Assembly: GCF_001194135.2 (NCBI RefSeq)
Contig: NC_068983.1
Span: 15,279,645-15,343,644 of the forward strand
Length of the DNA stretch: 64,000 nucleotides
Direction: 5' to 3'
From: Octopus bimaculoides
Taxonomy: Eukaryota
Below the pieces are notes generated by a model. It saw nothing but the letters and a program-made list of their open reading frames with translations, did no database searches and was not told where the DNA came from. Below, piece after piece: positions 23,335 to 35,353 of the stretch. Each line of letters begins with the position of its first letter. Within the stretch, counting starts at the first letter, position 1. The translations under genes and the position numbers were made by a program.

Positions 23335-24995
23335 ATGCCTCCAAAGAAGAAAATGAGATATGACGAATCTTATTTGAAATTCGGTTTTACTGTAATAAAG
23401 TCTGGCGGAGAAGGAAACAACAATTAGTTTTATGCTCCGAGGTTTTGGCCTCTACTTCACTATAGTCCAACAAGTTAAAGAGACACTTCTAAATAAATCG
23501 AGATGTCGACTTTTTCAGACGCGAAGCCGACAGATGGACGAAATCCAGACTTGATGACACAGGAATGTTACGGCATTACGGCTGGTTTGAAGGCATCCTA
23601 CGAGGTTTCAAGGAAAATAGCTGTTGCCAAAAAGCCCCACAATATCGGCGAAGATTTGATAATGCTGCAAAGATGTCATATCGAATGCGTTAGGAAGTTC
23701 TGAACTTCAGAAGCTGAAGCATGTCTCTCTTTCAAATGATACTGTTAGCAAGTGAATAACCGAGCTGTCCGATAACATTCTGTCGCAATTGCTCTCTAAG
23801 ATTCACAATTCACTTTTGAACTTTTCCGCGATCCAGCTTGAAGGAACGATGCATATTTCCATCTTAGCCCAATTTTGTGTCTATGTATGTACATAACAAT
23901 CGCCTGGAAGACGAATTCCTGTTTTGCAAAAACCCCAGCACCAAAACAACCGCAAGGGAAATATTTAACAAAGCGGACAAATTTTTTGAGGCACATAATA
24001 TCAACTCGGATCATGTCATTGTCGTATGCACCGACGGCGCTCCGGCGATGCTTGGTTGCCGTTCCGGTTTTCAGACATTGGTGAAAGAAAAATCTCCAGA
24101 TGTTATTGATACACACTGCACAGTTTATCGACAAGCACAAATGGTGAAAATCATGCCTGATGAGTTAAAAAATGTTCTGAATTACGTGATTACTGCGGTG
24201 AACTTCATCAAAGCGAACGCGCTCAACTTCCGTCTGTTTGCCGAGTTGTGCAAAGAAAGTGACTCTGAATTCGCAAGTGGGATGGCTTTCGAGAGGAAAA
24301 ACAATAAAGAAAGTATTCCTTCTACGAAAAGAAGTCCACGATTTTTTTACAAGATGCCAAGCCAAATTAGCACGCCGATGATCTTTTCTAATCTGCTTGG
24401 CATTTTTGGTGGGCATATTCGAGTCAGTGAATGCCATCAATCTCTTACTGCAAGGGAAAGATATAACCATGTTTCATTCTCATGAAAAACTAACTGCTTT
24501 CAAAATGAGGTATGAATTTGCATCATTACCTCAACTAAACATGCTAATTGATGAAAACGAGCTTCAAGTCGATGATGATATCGTTGAACTCATGACACAA
24601 CACGTGTCAACACTTGGCAGAGAAATATTCTCTTTATTTTCTTGATCTGCATTACTTTGACAAATACTTCCACATCCCTTTGTACTCTCTGTTCGTCATC
24701 TGCCAACAGAAGACAATTTAATTCAAGAGCAGTTAATTGATTTGGTCAATGATCGAGGTGAGAAATATTTTTTCCGTGAAATGTGCAGTTGTGACTTTCG
24801 GATTGAAATGGCACAGTCATGTCCTGATGTCGCAAAGACGTCTCTTAAAGTACCGATGCCATTTCCAACCACTCAGGAGTGTGAGACCGCGTTTTCCACT
24901 TTCCTTGCCATTAAAACGAAATCACGAAACCGACTGGATACCACACCAGAAATGAAGGATGCCTTCTCCATAACAGAGCCGAACATAGAAGAGCT
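23335..24995 (+). pseudogene. Decayed hAT (Charlie/Buster, ZBED5/ZBED8-like) transposase
   Basis: Frameshifted pieces: MPPKKKMRYDESYLKFGFT (BED-type start), CTDGAPAMLGCRSGFQTLVKEKSPDVIDTHC (catalytic D region), and PFPTTQECETAFSTFLAIKTKSRNRLD (C-terminal dimerisation motif). Confidence 0.92.
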
Positions 24996-25632
24996 GGGTT
25001 TTTTTTTCCAAAACTTGATCCTTAATCTCTTTAAAAGACAGTCGTGTATGATTGGAAGGCGGTTTTGTTCTTATTCTAGTAGGTCGAGTGACCACATAGA
25101 GACATTTTCGTTAAATTTATTGCTTATGCATTGTCCAGCCAACTGGTACAGTACCGCAAAAAAAATAAATAAATAAAATGTAAGGGACATAACTATATAT
25201 TTCACAAAGTTCAAAATTGCTGATTAAAAATACATATTTGAAACATTATTGTTTGTTTGAAAAGAAAATCTTATAATATGCATGTTTATTATTGTTTTCT
25301 GATTTCTTTTTATATTGTCATCTGAATTTACGGTCGTAATATATAAATGATCACCACGTTTCATTATTATCAACTTATTCGTGACCTTTAAACCATTTCA
25401 AATGCATGTTGCCTCTGAACTAAGTGTGAAAGCACGCCGTAAGGAATAAAGAGATATATATATTCCCATAAGTATCAAGAGAACATACTTCTTAGAAATA
25501 ACTCACAATTTAAATATGCACACCGCATATTTTAGACCTAACAGTTTCTGATGACCACTTTCATATACGACAGTTAAGAATGCATCCTAAAGTTAGGCTT
25601 TCTGCTGTAGGTTTAAAACATTTCAATGTACT

Positions 25633-25893
25633 TTTTGGTTATCTCACAACCATTAAAAATTGGGTTGTCTCCCCCAACTAAAACAAATTGTTTAACCCTC
25701 AATAAAACAAAAAAAAATGAAAAAATTAATAGACATAAAAAGCGAAAAGATTAAACATCTTATTGAGTCTGATAATATTTTTATAACAAATCATACAAAA
25801 CTGAAAAACTTTAAAATCTTATTGACGCCACATAAACTCAATATTTTAGAAGGGAGATAACCCAATTTTTGAATGGGGGCGAGATATCCAAAA
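25633..25893. repeat. Short fold-back (MITE-like)
   Basis: TTTTGGTTATCTCACAACCATTAAAAATTGGGTTGTCTCCC versus GGGAGATAACCCAATTTTTGAATGGGGGCGAGATATCCAAAA. Confidence 0.65.
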
Positions 25894-27003
25894 AATTTTA
25901 GCCTTCAATAAGTTATTAAACTCTAGGATCTTGATAAATTTCTTCCAACAACTTGAAATATTTCAAATTTTCATGAGATATGAATATTTTTTTCTTTTTG
26001 CATGCTGATGACAAAAATTTCGTTTTTGTTTTAATCTTCAGAAATTAGTAATAGCTTCAAGTGGTTGAGAGAAATTAAAACAAGATCCCTCCTCAACAAG
26101 GTACATGCGTGGAGTACTCAAATATCTGTTGCTATATACACAAAGACACCAAGCATAATCTGGGCCATTCGGTTTCATTTCGCTAGCTTCTTAGAAGCAG
26201 AAACCACAGATATAACTTTCTCTGTCGGCGAAAACAAGTTTCTGCAAATTGTGAAATCACGAACTGTTAGTAACGAAACGAAATACGAAAGAAAACAGAG
26301 ATGGAAAACAGCGGTTAGTATCTACGCATGCTTTTATTTTTCATTATTGTCGAGTTCTAAAACATCTTGCAATCGCTAGAAACATTAACACCAACTGATT
26401 TCTGCCCTCCAAATTACATTTAAGCTATTATTTTTTTTTTCAAGAGTGCACGAATGTCAAGATGTCACTTTCATAACTGAAATATCTAAAGTTTCTCGGA
26501 CTAAAAACATGTCATTATTTTGTGATATACAGCGTCGCCTACTCCGTAGCATGTTTTTCACAGCATTCACGATATTTGTGTGTAGTAAATATTCCCAGTG
26601 GATAATAATATTTGTTTCCTTGGCGAGCCAGCTGCAATAGATATTCGAAAGATTTGTGATGAAACTGGATGACGGAAGGACACAATATAATAATTCCTTC
26701 TGTATAATTAGTGATCTTAATTCAGACGTAGTTTATTTTATCTTTTTTTTTTTTTTTTTTACGGAATCCCACGCTTTAGGATATGGAGATTCCGATTCTG
26801 ACAAAAATGTTCAAAAATAGCAACTTCAAAATTTCAATCCCCTCTCCCCACTTTTTCGTTTTTCACTTTTTCCGGAATTTTTTTTCCTTTCGAAATACGT
26901 AAAAATACGGAGATTAGGATTAAAATTTCAAGGTTTCAAGAAAAAAAAAAATACCCCCATCTCCTCCTCCCGGATCTTTCTGTCCTCCTCCCGATTCTAC
27001 GGG

Positions 27004-27429
27004 CTTGGCTTTCAAGTAGGCTATTCACATGCTAGAAATAACAGCCAAATCTCACAAAACTGCAATGGCATAAATGAAAAAAAATATGTAATCAATCTAC
27101 TCACCTTTCTGCAAAAATTTCTTTCAGAGTAATTTCCCTCAGTAATATGACAAAGTGAAATTAAAGTGTTCATTTGAGGAAATATTGAAGCAGCTTGCTC
27201 CAGAGAAAATAATGGATTTTATGAAAATAAACAGCATTATTGTCACAAGTAGAACGTATGTTTGCACACAAGATATGAATGAACACTTTAATTTCACTTT
27301 GTCATATTACTGCGGGAAATTCTGAAAGGTAAGTAGATTAATTACATATATTTCTTTCATTATGTTATTGCAGTTTTGTGAGATTTGGCTGTTATTTCTA
27401 CCATGTGAATAGCCTGCTTGAAAGCCAAG
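27004..27429. repeat. Long fold-back (arms about 150-175 bp, spacer about 100 bp)
   Basis: CTTGGCTTTCAAGTAGGCTATTCACATGCTAGAAATAACAGCC...AAAGTGTTCATT is mirrored by AATGAACACTTT...GGCTGTTATTTCTACCATGTGAATAGCCTGCTTGAAAGCCAAG. Confidence 0.85.
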
Positions 27430-27440
27430 GACTGAGAGTT

Positions 27441-27769
27441 TCGGGATCTTTTTGGTTTGACGGGCAACACTTGTTTTCTTAACGAAACACTTTCAAACTT
27501 GGGATACTGGTAGAATGTGTCATATAAAACATCTTTTTCTCTTAGCCTTCTTAACAAAAATTAGTTCTTAATAAGTTATTTCATGTTAAAGTTGTCGTAT
27601 TTCTGTAATTTCAACCAATCACTGACGTCTATTCAGCTGAATACAAAATTTTTTATTTGTTCTATAATACAAAATATACAAGTATACGAAGTTTGAAAGT
27701 GTTTCGGTACCAAAAACACTACATAAAACATTAATGAAAAATGTTGCCCGTCAAACCAAAAGGATCCGA
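27441..27769. repeat. Second fold-back / MITE directly adjacent to the first
   Basis: TCGGGATCTTTTTGGTTTGACGGGCAACA mirrors TGTTGCCCGTCAAACCAAAAGGATCCGA, and CACTTTCAAACTT mirrors AAGTTTGAAAGTG. Confidence 0.75.
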
Positions 27770-29140
27770 GTTTCGTGCGTAGGTACTTATAATTTCTATA
27801 AATGACGATGTCCCAAACTTTCGACTCCTGAGACTGTAAATTCTGCCGATTAAGTGTAATATATATATTACTCCCTGAAAATCGCCAACCCTACACCTTC
27901 ATACGCATGCACACATGTATATTATGACTCACACTGTTCACTTTCCTGACAATTGTACGTAATTCTATGTACTATACATGCACCTTTGATAAGCTGTAGT
28001 GCACCTGAGCACTATACACAATAATTTCATTATTTTTTATGATATATCGATACATATATGTACACACCTACATCTATATGTATACATACATGCATATATG
28101 GGTACAGGACATTAAAAAAACGTTAAACACAATGAAAAACGAAAACAGAAAACGAACTTTTTTCGAACAAAAAAAAAACAAACAAACAGAGAAACGAGAC
28201 ATGCAACATAAAGAGTATACCCCTTCGTCAGTTGTCCCTGTTCCATCTACTCCGCGTTCCGAAGGCAAGGACAATACGCGACTTCCTTGGAATAGTCCTG
28301 GTTNNNNNNNNNNCTCTCTAGGGGGGGGGGGACACTAGCTACTTGACCACACACACACACACACACACACTCTCTCTCTCTCTCTCTACATATGTATATA
28401 ATGTTTTGGTCATTTTTCGTTTTGACTTGCAGAACTGTCATTTGGATCAGCTGGTTTTGTTCGTTTATTTCCGTAAAACACTACTATTTATTTACTTTTG
28501 TTTTCATGGCTTATGACAGTCGACCTTTGCCTTGAAGTGAGAGGGGAAAGTGAAAGATGTATGTACGTGTAGATTAAATGTACGTGTGTGAGAGAGAGAG
28601 TACACCCATTATCTTTCATATACACGTACATACATAAATACATATGAATACGTCTTATTTGTATGTGTGCGTATGAAAGAGAGAGAGAGTGCGTGTGAGA
28701 GAGAGAATGTGTGTAAGAGTGAGTGCCACTTAGACATACATGCAAAAATGCACTTAGACATACATGCGAAAATATACATACATGAGAGCAACACATCTTC
28801 AACGAAAAAATGCCAAAAGATGTTTTGTGTCACCAAACCCATACACAGGGTGAGAGGTATTTGAGGACGTATTTGATAATCTAATAAAGCAACTTTAATC
28901 TTTTGCACACGTGTTCTCGATAAGCTTTCTCATAAAGTTATTCCAAGAATTTGGCTTCAGCTTCCATGGCTGCTTCAGTGTAGGACCTGCACTAAATGAT
29001 CCTTTTAAATTTCAGACATCAATGAAGCTGTGGAATTATGAAGATGTCAATTAGTCTCCTTTACAATAACACTCCAAATGTAGTAGTCCATGAGATCTAA
29101 CTAAATCTGGCGGGTTTGGAAACCACAAGTTTGGTATCAC

Positions 29141-29531
29141 ATCATCATCATCATCGTTTAACGTCCACTTTCCATGCTAGCATGGGTTGGACGATTTGAC
29201 TGAGGACTGGTGAAACCGGATGGCAACACCAGCCTCCAATCTGATTTGGCAGAGTTTCTACAGCTGGATGCCCTTCCTAATGCCAACCACTCAGAGAGTG
29301 TAGTGGGTGCTTTTACGTGTCACCCGCATGGAGGCCAGTCAAACGGTACTGGCAACGACCATGCTCAAAATGGTATATTTTATGTGCCACCCGCACAAGA
29401 GCCAGTCCAGGGGCACTGGCAACGATCTCGCTCGAAAATCCTACAAAGGCCAGTCAGGCGGTACTGGCAACGACCATGCTCAAAATGGTATATTTTATGT
29501 GCCACCCGCACAAGAGCCAGTCCAGGGGCAC
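29141..29531 (-). mobile_element. Family R copy with an internal tandem duplication of about 115 bp, running into a gap
   Basis: Family tail at 29141; the module GGCCAGTC...GAGCCAGTCCAGGGGCAC occurs twice. Confidence 0.85.
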
Positions 29532-30093
29532 NNNNNNNNNNNNNNNNNNNNNNNNNNNNNNNNNNNNNNNNNNNNNNNNNNNNNNNNNNNNNNNNNNNNN
29601 NNNNNNNNNNNNNNNNNNNNNNNNNNNNNNNNNNNNNNNNNNNNNNNNNNNNNNNNNNNNNNNNNNNNNNNNNNNNNNNNNNNNNNNNNNNNNNNNNNNN
29701 NNNNNNNNNNNNNNNNNNNNNNNNNNNNNNNNNNNNNNNNNNNNNNNNNNNNNNNNNNNNNNNNNNNNNNNNNNNNNNNNNNNNNNNNNNNNNNNNNNNN
29801 NNNNNNNNNNNNNNNNNNNNNNNNNNNNNNNNNNNNNNNNNNNNNNNNNNNNNNNNNNNNNNNNNNNNNNNNNNNNNNNNNNNNNNNNNNNNNNNNNNNN
29901 NNNNNNNNNNNNNNNNNNNNNNNNNNNNNNNNNNNNNNNNNNNNNNNNNNNNNNNNNNNNNNNNNNNNNNNNNNNNNNNNNNNNNNNNNNNNNNNNNNNN
30001 NNNNNNNNNNNNNNNNNNNNNNNNNNNNNNNNNNNNNNNNNNNNNNNNNNNNNNNNNNNNNNNNNNNNNNNNNNNNAAACGATTCTGAAACAA

Positions 30094-30145
30094 TTAACCC
30101 TAACTCTAACTCTAACCCTAATCCTAGGGTTAGGGTTAGGGTTAA
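30094..30145. repeat. Inverted telomere-like repeat (CCCTAA)n-CCTAGG-(TTAGGG)n
   Basis: TTAACCCTAACTCTAACTCTAACCCTAATCCTAGGGTTAGGGTTAGGGTTAA. Confidence 0.85.
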
Positions 30146-31585
30146 AGTAAATTTAAAATGAAAAAAGCAAATAAAACGAAGGTATGGAGATTAAATACGC
30201 TTTACATCGCTTAATAAGCCAAAGGAGTAAATGTAAACAACTGAATACTTGTCAGTGATTGGTTGAAATTATCGAAATAAGACAATTTTTTACATGAAAT
30301 AAATTCGAATACAAAAATATTTTTCTGTTCTATAACACAAAATAGATAAGTATACGAAGTTTGAAAGTCTTTCGGTACCAAAAACACTATGTAAAACATT
30401 AATGAAAAATGTGGCCCCCGTTTTAAAAAAGATCCTGGCATTCTAATGCATACTTCATGTGTCCAGAGCTTAACAACTGTCTCCAGGAGCATTGATTCTA
30501 AGACCATGTAGGAAAGCGTGAGGGAGCATGACATGACATTCATTACTTATCACCCATTAAACCATCATAATTACTGATAACATAGTGTTCATCTCTCTGG
30601 GGTCATCGGAAGGATCTGTATATAATCATCTGTCATTTCTCTTGTTGGACTTTTGATTTTGATCAAAGTTTTTCTCATCAGAGAAGAACCAAAGCATGCC
30701 ATGTGCATCAGGTTTTCTTTTAATTTTTTCTTTTAACATTGATTAGTAACTGCTTGGATTGGATGAAACTGCTTTCTTGTGTCTTCTCCAGATATGAATT
30801 GGCCTCTCCTTAGTACATACAACTTGTATTGAATGTCTTCATGCAGTGCAGTTCTGATCATAAACTCTGATACATGTTCTTTTGCAATGGATTTCATTGA
30901 TTTTCAATGATCATCATCGATATTTTGAATTTGCTGAATGAATTGCAGTGTCCTTATAGATTCTATTTAGAATTTTCTTTGATACAATTGAAATATTCCC
31001 TCTAGAGGCTTTCAATTTCATCTGAACAATTTCTAAATTGCTGCGTTCTGCACATATGACAACAATGACTACATGTCTTGTCATTTCTTGTGTTAGCATT
31101 TTATCTGCCATAGGGGATTGGAAAGAAATATAATCTTTTTAATTGGTTTGAAGAGCATTATATAAACAATAACTGTCCTCAAGTACTCTTCGCACACTGT
31201 GTGTGCATACATGTATTCATTCATTCATTCCAGCAGAGAATAAGTTCAAAAGCTATGTTTGACAACTTAGAAAAAAAAAAACCAGAGATGAGACTCAGGG
31301 TAAATAAAATACTAAACCCATAATTGGTAATCTCACAAAATATATTTTGCTTCGCCTATGGCTCTTTGGGAACAATATTTTGAAGAGCTAATTTATAACA
31401 TATAGCAAGAAGGAACAAAGGGAAATTATAGATATGTGTATGTGACTACACACACATACATATATAAAACACATGTGAATATATACATACTGGTGTTCGA
31501 GCATGACTACAGCAGTATGGCTGAAACGTATGAAGGAATGTGTACACACACTCACACTTATACATATGTGTGTCTGCATACATGT

Positions 31586-31617
<32 letters not shown>

Positions 31618-31869
31618 ATATGTATGCATGTATGTGTATACATGTGTGTGTATATGTATATACATAGATATATATATATATATATATATATGTCAAGGGT
31701 GTAACCAGCCCACTTATGCGTACCTTTCCTTCATTGGACACTAAACTCTGCTTGCGAAGACCTGATGAGGCAAGTGAAATCGAAATTGAATCAAATTCGA
31801 TGACTGGCAACTGTGCCTGTGGAGCGCTAAGAGCACCAACCGAACATATTTGCTTGTGTTCGTCTATTG

Positions 31870-32056
31870 GAATGGTTTTCAACGAGGGTCTATGTGGCCC
31901 TTGGTGGTCTATATAAGAAAGATTTTGTTAAAATTTATCTACAATACACAAAACATTATTACAATTTTTAAAATAAGATTCCTAATAATTGTATCTCTAG
32001 GAGAGTCCATCCGAATAAATTAAGAATCAAAGGTAAAAAATGGTTGAGAAACATTA
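31870..32056. mobile_element. Older copy of the same hAT MITE family
   Basis: Shares the internal GATTTTGTTAAAATTTAT block with the 35354 copy. Degenerate ends (GAATGGTTTTCAAC...GTTGAGAAACATTA). Confidence 0.5.
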
Positions 32057-33599
32057 GTCTGCTCCCTGTGTTTGCTTGTATTCATCTATTTATTTCTTTA
32101 TTTAAAATAACATATATTTTTACATTTATTTATTTAACAGTATTTAACAAATAGGTTTATTGTCAATTAAAAGATTTCGATTAAAAAACATATATAAAAT
32201 CAGATTGCCCATAAAAAGTATTTGCTGTCTACGGACCCCGTCGTCCTTGCGGACCACAGTTTGAAAACCCCTGCTCTAGTCTATTTAATTCTTTCTTCTT
32301 TATAGTCCTTCTAATAGTTTATAGCCAAAAAAAACACCTTTAAGTATTCTTTGCATCATTATTTACATCCCTATTGGTTTTGTGTTCAGCCCTTGTNNNN
32401 NNNNNNNNNNNNNNNNNNNNNNNNNNNNNNNNNNNNNNNNNNNNNNNNNNNNNNNNNNNNNNNNNNNNNNNNNNNNNNNNNNNNNNNNNNNNNNNNATAT
32501 ATATACATACATATGTATATATATATTGAGAGAGAGGGTGAGATAGAGATAAACACACTGGCCCATGTCATATATACATATATATTTATACATATATACA
32601 TTTGACAACATGGTCCAGTGTGTTTTTTTCCTTTTTATTTTTATTTTTAATTTTTTCAAGACTTTGTAGCAGTTCGAACAAACGACGCAGAAGCTTCCGT
32701 GGTTAATCGCTGGTGATGCTGTTTAGTCCCAGCCTTTCGATTCATATTCCAGTCGCATCCATCACTCCTTTGTACGCAGTATATAAAGGATTCCATTTAT
32801 TTGGTATTGTTAATGACACACATTGAACCAATCGACCTTGGATGTAATCCCAATAGAACCTTATTGATATTTACCGTTGTATATTAATATTTTTTTTCTG
32901 TTATATTTTAAACGACGAAAAAATTTTTTAACATGAGCTTCCTTGATCAGAGACGACCAGGGGTTAAAACAAACTAAAAGATTGTGTGTTCGCCTGCACG
33001 TTTGAATGTTTCTATTAAACTAAAATAATATTAAAAATTAATAATGTAATGTCATTTTTTAAGGCTGTTGGGTTGTAACCTTAGATTTGACAGCTATTTT
33101 TAGCAGGTTGTGCGACTAGATTGACTCTCTCGTGTGTTCGTTGTTTAAAAACAGGTCAACCCCCATTGGAAAGGCCTATCATTAAAAGTATTCAACCGTA
33201 ACCATTGTATCTCTGTAGGAGTATGGTGAACTATAATTATCTCATTATCTGATGTGTCATTCTTCCAAAGACTGTAAGGTGTGATCTGAAGGAAATCTGC
33301 CTGCTATTTCTAGCGGATTGAATATCATACAGAATAGTCACGGGCAACATGGTTCGCGGAACTTTATGAATGGCACACATAACGAAAAATTACCTTGAAT
33401 TTATTAATAGTGCGGCCCGTTTCTCAGAAAAAGGCTGTCCATACCTGATCTAGAAGCTCTCAGGTTGGTTCGTCTTAAGTAATAGATACCGGCTTACATA
33501 CTTTCTACATCCATCTTTATTACACAAATAACAATTCTGAATCAATCGAAGTATCAACCTAGCTTTCGATTCCCGATTGTAATCTACTTTTTTTTTATT

Positions 33600-33997
33600 T
33601 TCTGTCACTTACGTTACAAAGCCGCTTATAAAGTGTTTGTTTTTGTTTTTTAAATCTCGCTCGCCACTTCTTGCGAGCCGGAGGAGGAGGAGGAAGAGGT
33701 GAAGGAATAGTGATGTCATGATGCTGATGATGAAATAAATTTCGCCGAGCTTCTTTATATAATCACTTTCAGTTTTGTTTGGCGTGCAATTCGGGAGAAG
33801 TACTCCTTATAATATAAATTATTTCCTTACGTTTGTTCATTGGTTCTTTTGCATTTTCTATTCCTTTTACACACACACACACTCATATATATATGTGTAT
33901 ATAGTCTTTGTGCACAGATTGTCGATATAAACTGGTTTCATAAACATCAAATTTGTCCTTACTCTATTTGAGTTTATTAGCATCAAACTTCTAAACA
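33600..33997 (+). promoter_or_regulatory. Likely promoter / 5'UTR of a plus-strand gene
   Basis: CpG-rich unique tract with (GGA)n (ctcgctcgccacttcttgcgagccggaggaggagg) ahead of a CpG-depleted, intron-like region. Confidence 0.35.
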
Positions 33998-34016
33998 ATG
34001 AGCTCTGATATGGACC
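33998..34016 (+). CDS. Putative first coding exon (MSSDMD + 1 nt), possibly of the kinase gene
   Basis: aaacaATG context, consensus gtaagt donor at 34017, and position at the end of a CpG-rich UTR-like tract. Linkage to the kinase exon is inference. Confidence 0.4.
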
Positions 34017-35353
34017 GTAAGTGTAAACAATTTTTCTTTTTCTTTCTTTCTTATCCTGATATTTTTGAATTTACTAATTTTAAATTAGTATATAATTTCA
34101 TATATTTACTAACTGTTTTTTTTTTTTTTTCATTTGTGTTCTCTGTTTTGTCCAATTTTCTAATTTATTTTGTAAAACGGTAAACACCGTGAAGGCAATA
34201 AAATTTCATATGTTTATTGTAAAAAAAAAAATCTATTGTTAAACTTTGTTTTCAACATTTAACATGTAATTCTTGTTATAAAGTTGTCTGCTAGAATTGT
34301 TATGTTTGTTTACATTTTAAGACTTGAAATTGCATAATTTGAACAACACACAAATATGTGTTTATTCATTGAATCATATAATATAGGCAGCTTCTAAGTA
34401 ACTAAGCTACTGCTTTTAAAAGGAGGATACATTGTCTGAGAAAGGGAAAACGGTATTGTCGCGACTGGAATACCTTGAATCATAGGGCCTGCCCGACCAA
34501 AGCTAACATGGGACCAAACAAACAACTGGAATTATAAAATTAAAATAACTGTAAAAGACTGAACTATTTCCTTAAATAATGTCAGTAGACAACATCTTAA
34601 AAGATAAACGTAGACAAATGTCAATAGTTAAGATATTGAACGTAATTTACGACTAGACTCAAAAGTTCTCCGTAAGAAGTTCGAAGTTAGTTCAACTGAT
34701 AACGTTCTTAATTATATATTTTTAAAAAATGTAATTTGATGTTAAAGTCTATAGAATGTTACACAACCTATATATTTTTTTTATTTATTTAACTATAATA
34801 ACGCGTTTTATTAAACTATTTTCTGAAATAATCATACCATAAGTATTTTGCACTGGTTGACAGAGCGAATTGTTGATACTGCACATTCTCTCCGATTACT
34901 AATTGAAAGCAGCTACAGCACCGGACTAGATAGATATCAAACAATATTTTTCTATAGTTCTTCCGTACCCGGTTTATCTTTATCGTTCATATCCTTTGGA
35001 TCGAGAGGAGTAAGAAACTAGGGATAGTTTCTAACGATAATTAATCTTTATAGTCCAAAAAGGTGAATATTAACGTCTTCAATTGAATTGAAATTTTAGA
35101 TGGGTTAAAGTGTTTTGTCGAAATATAAATGTCTCAACTGGGACATGGTGGGATTAACATGGATTTTTCACGCTGAAATTTCTGTAGAAATTGTTCCTAT
35201 CATTGTTATGAAACCTAAAACATACAGCCCTCTCTTTACCGATGTTGGTAGGTATCAACTGTGAAATTATAAGTACTTCATATGGAAAAATGAGATGCTG
35301 GTACCAGTGACTTAGACCTCTGTAAGCCCAACGCATTAAGGACATATCTACAT

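Larger units (their letters stand above)
28846..31199 (-). mobile_element. Decayed Tc1/mariner (maT-like) element, interrupted by later insertions and a gap
   Basis: Imperfect TIRs CAGGGTGAGAGGTATTTGAGGAC / CAGTGTGCGAAGAGTACTTGAGGAC. Transposase relics: N-terminal MLTQEMTRHVVIVVICAERSNLEI near 31100, VMLPHAF..GLRIN near 30510, and WFPNPPDL..MDYYIWSV near 29100. Confidence 0.68.
22541..32273 (+). mobile_element. Possible full extent of the hAT element with nested insertions (about 9.7 kb)
   Basis: Left end CAGTGTTTCTCAAACTGGAGTCCGC; right end (reverse complement) CAGGGGTTTTCAAACTGTGGTCCGC. Flanking 8-mers are CTCTAGTG and CTCTAGTC (7/8 identical). Confidence 0.55.

Noticed and set aside
28195-28245. 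Minus-strand CTGACGA plus a hairpin in a Penelope-like tract
   Set aside because: No GAAA box follows the hairpin, so the hammerhead core is incomplete.
30094-30145. Telomere-telomere chromosome fusion scar
   Set aside because: Too short, degenerate, in the wrong orientation for an end-to-end fusion, and embedded in nested transposons.
31755-31800. CTGATGAG...GAAA hammerhead-like string in a family R copy
   Set aside because: Other copies read CTGTTGGGG at this position (7247, 10920, 57427), and no stem I or stem III pairing is present; a chance mutation.
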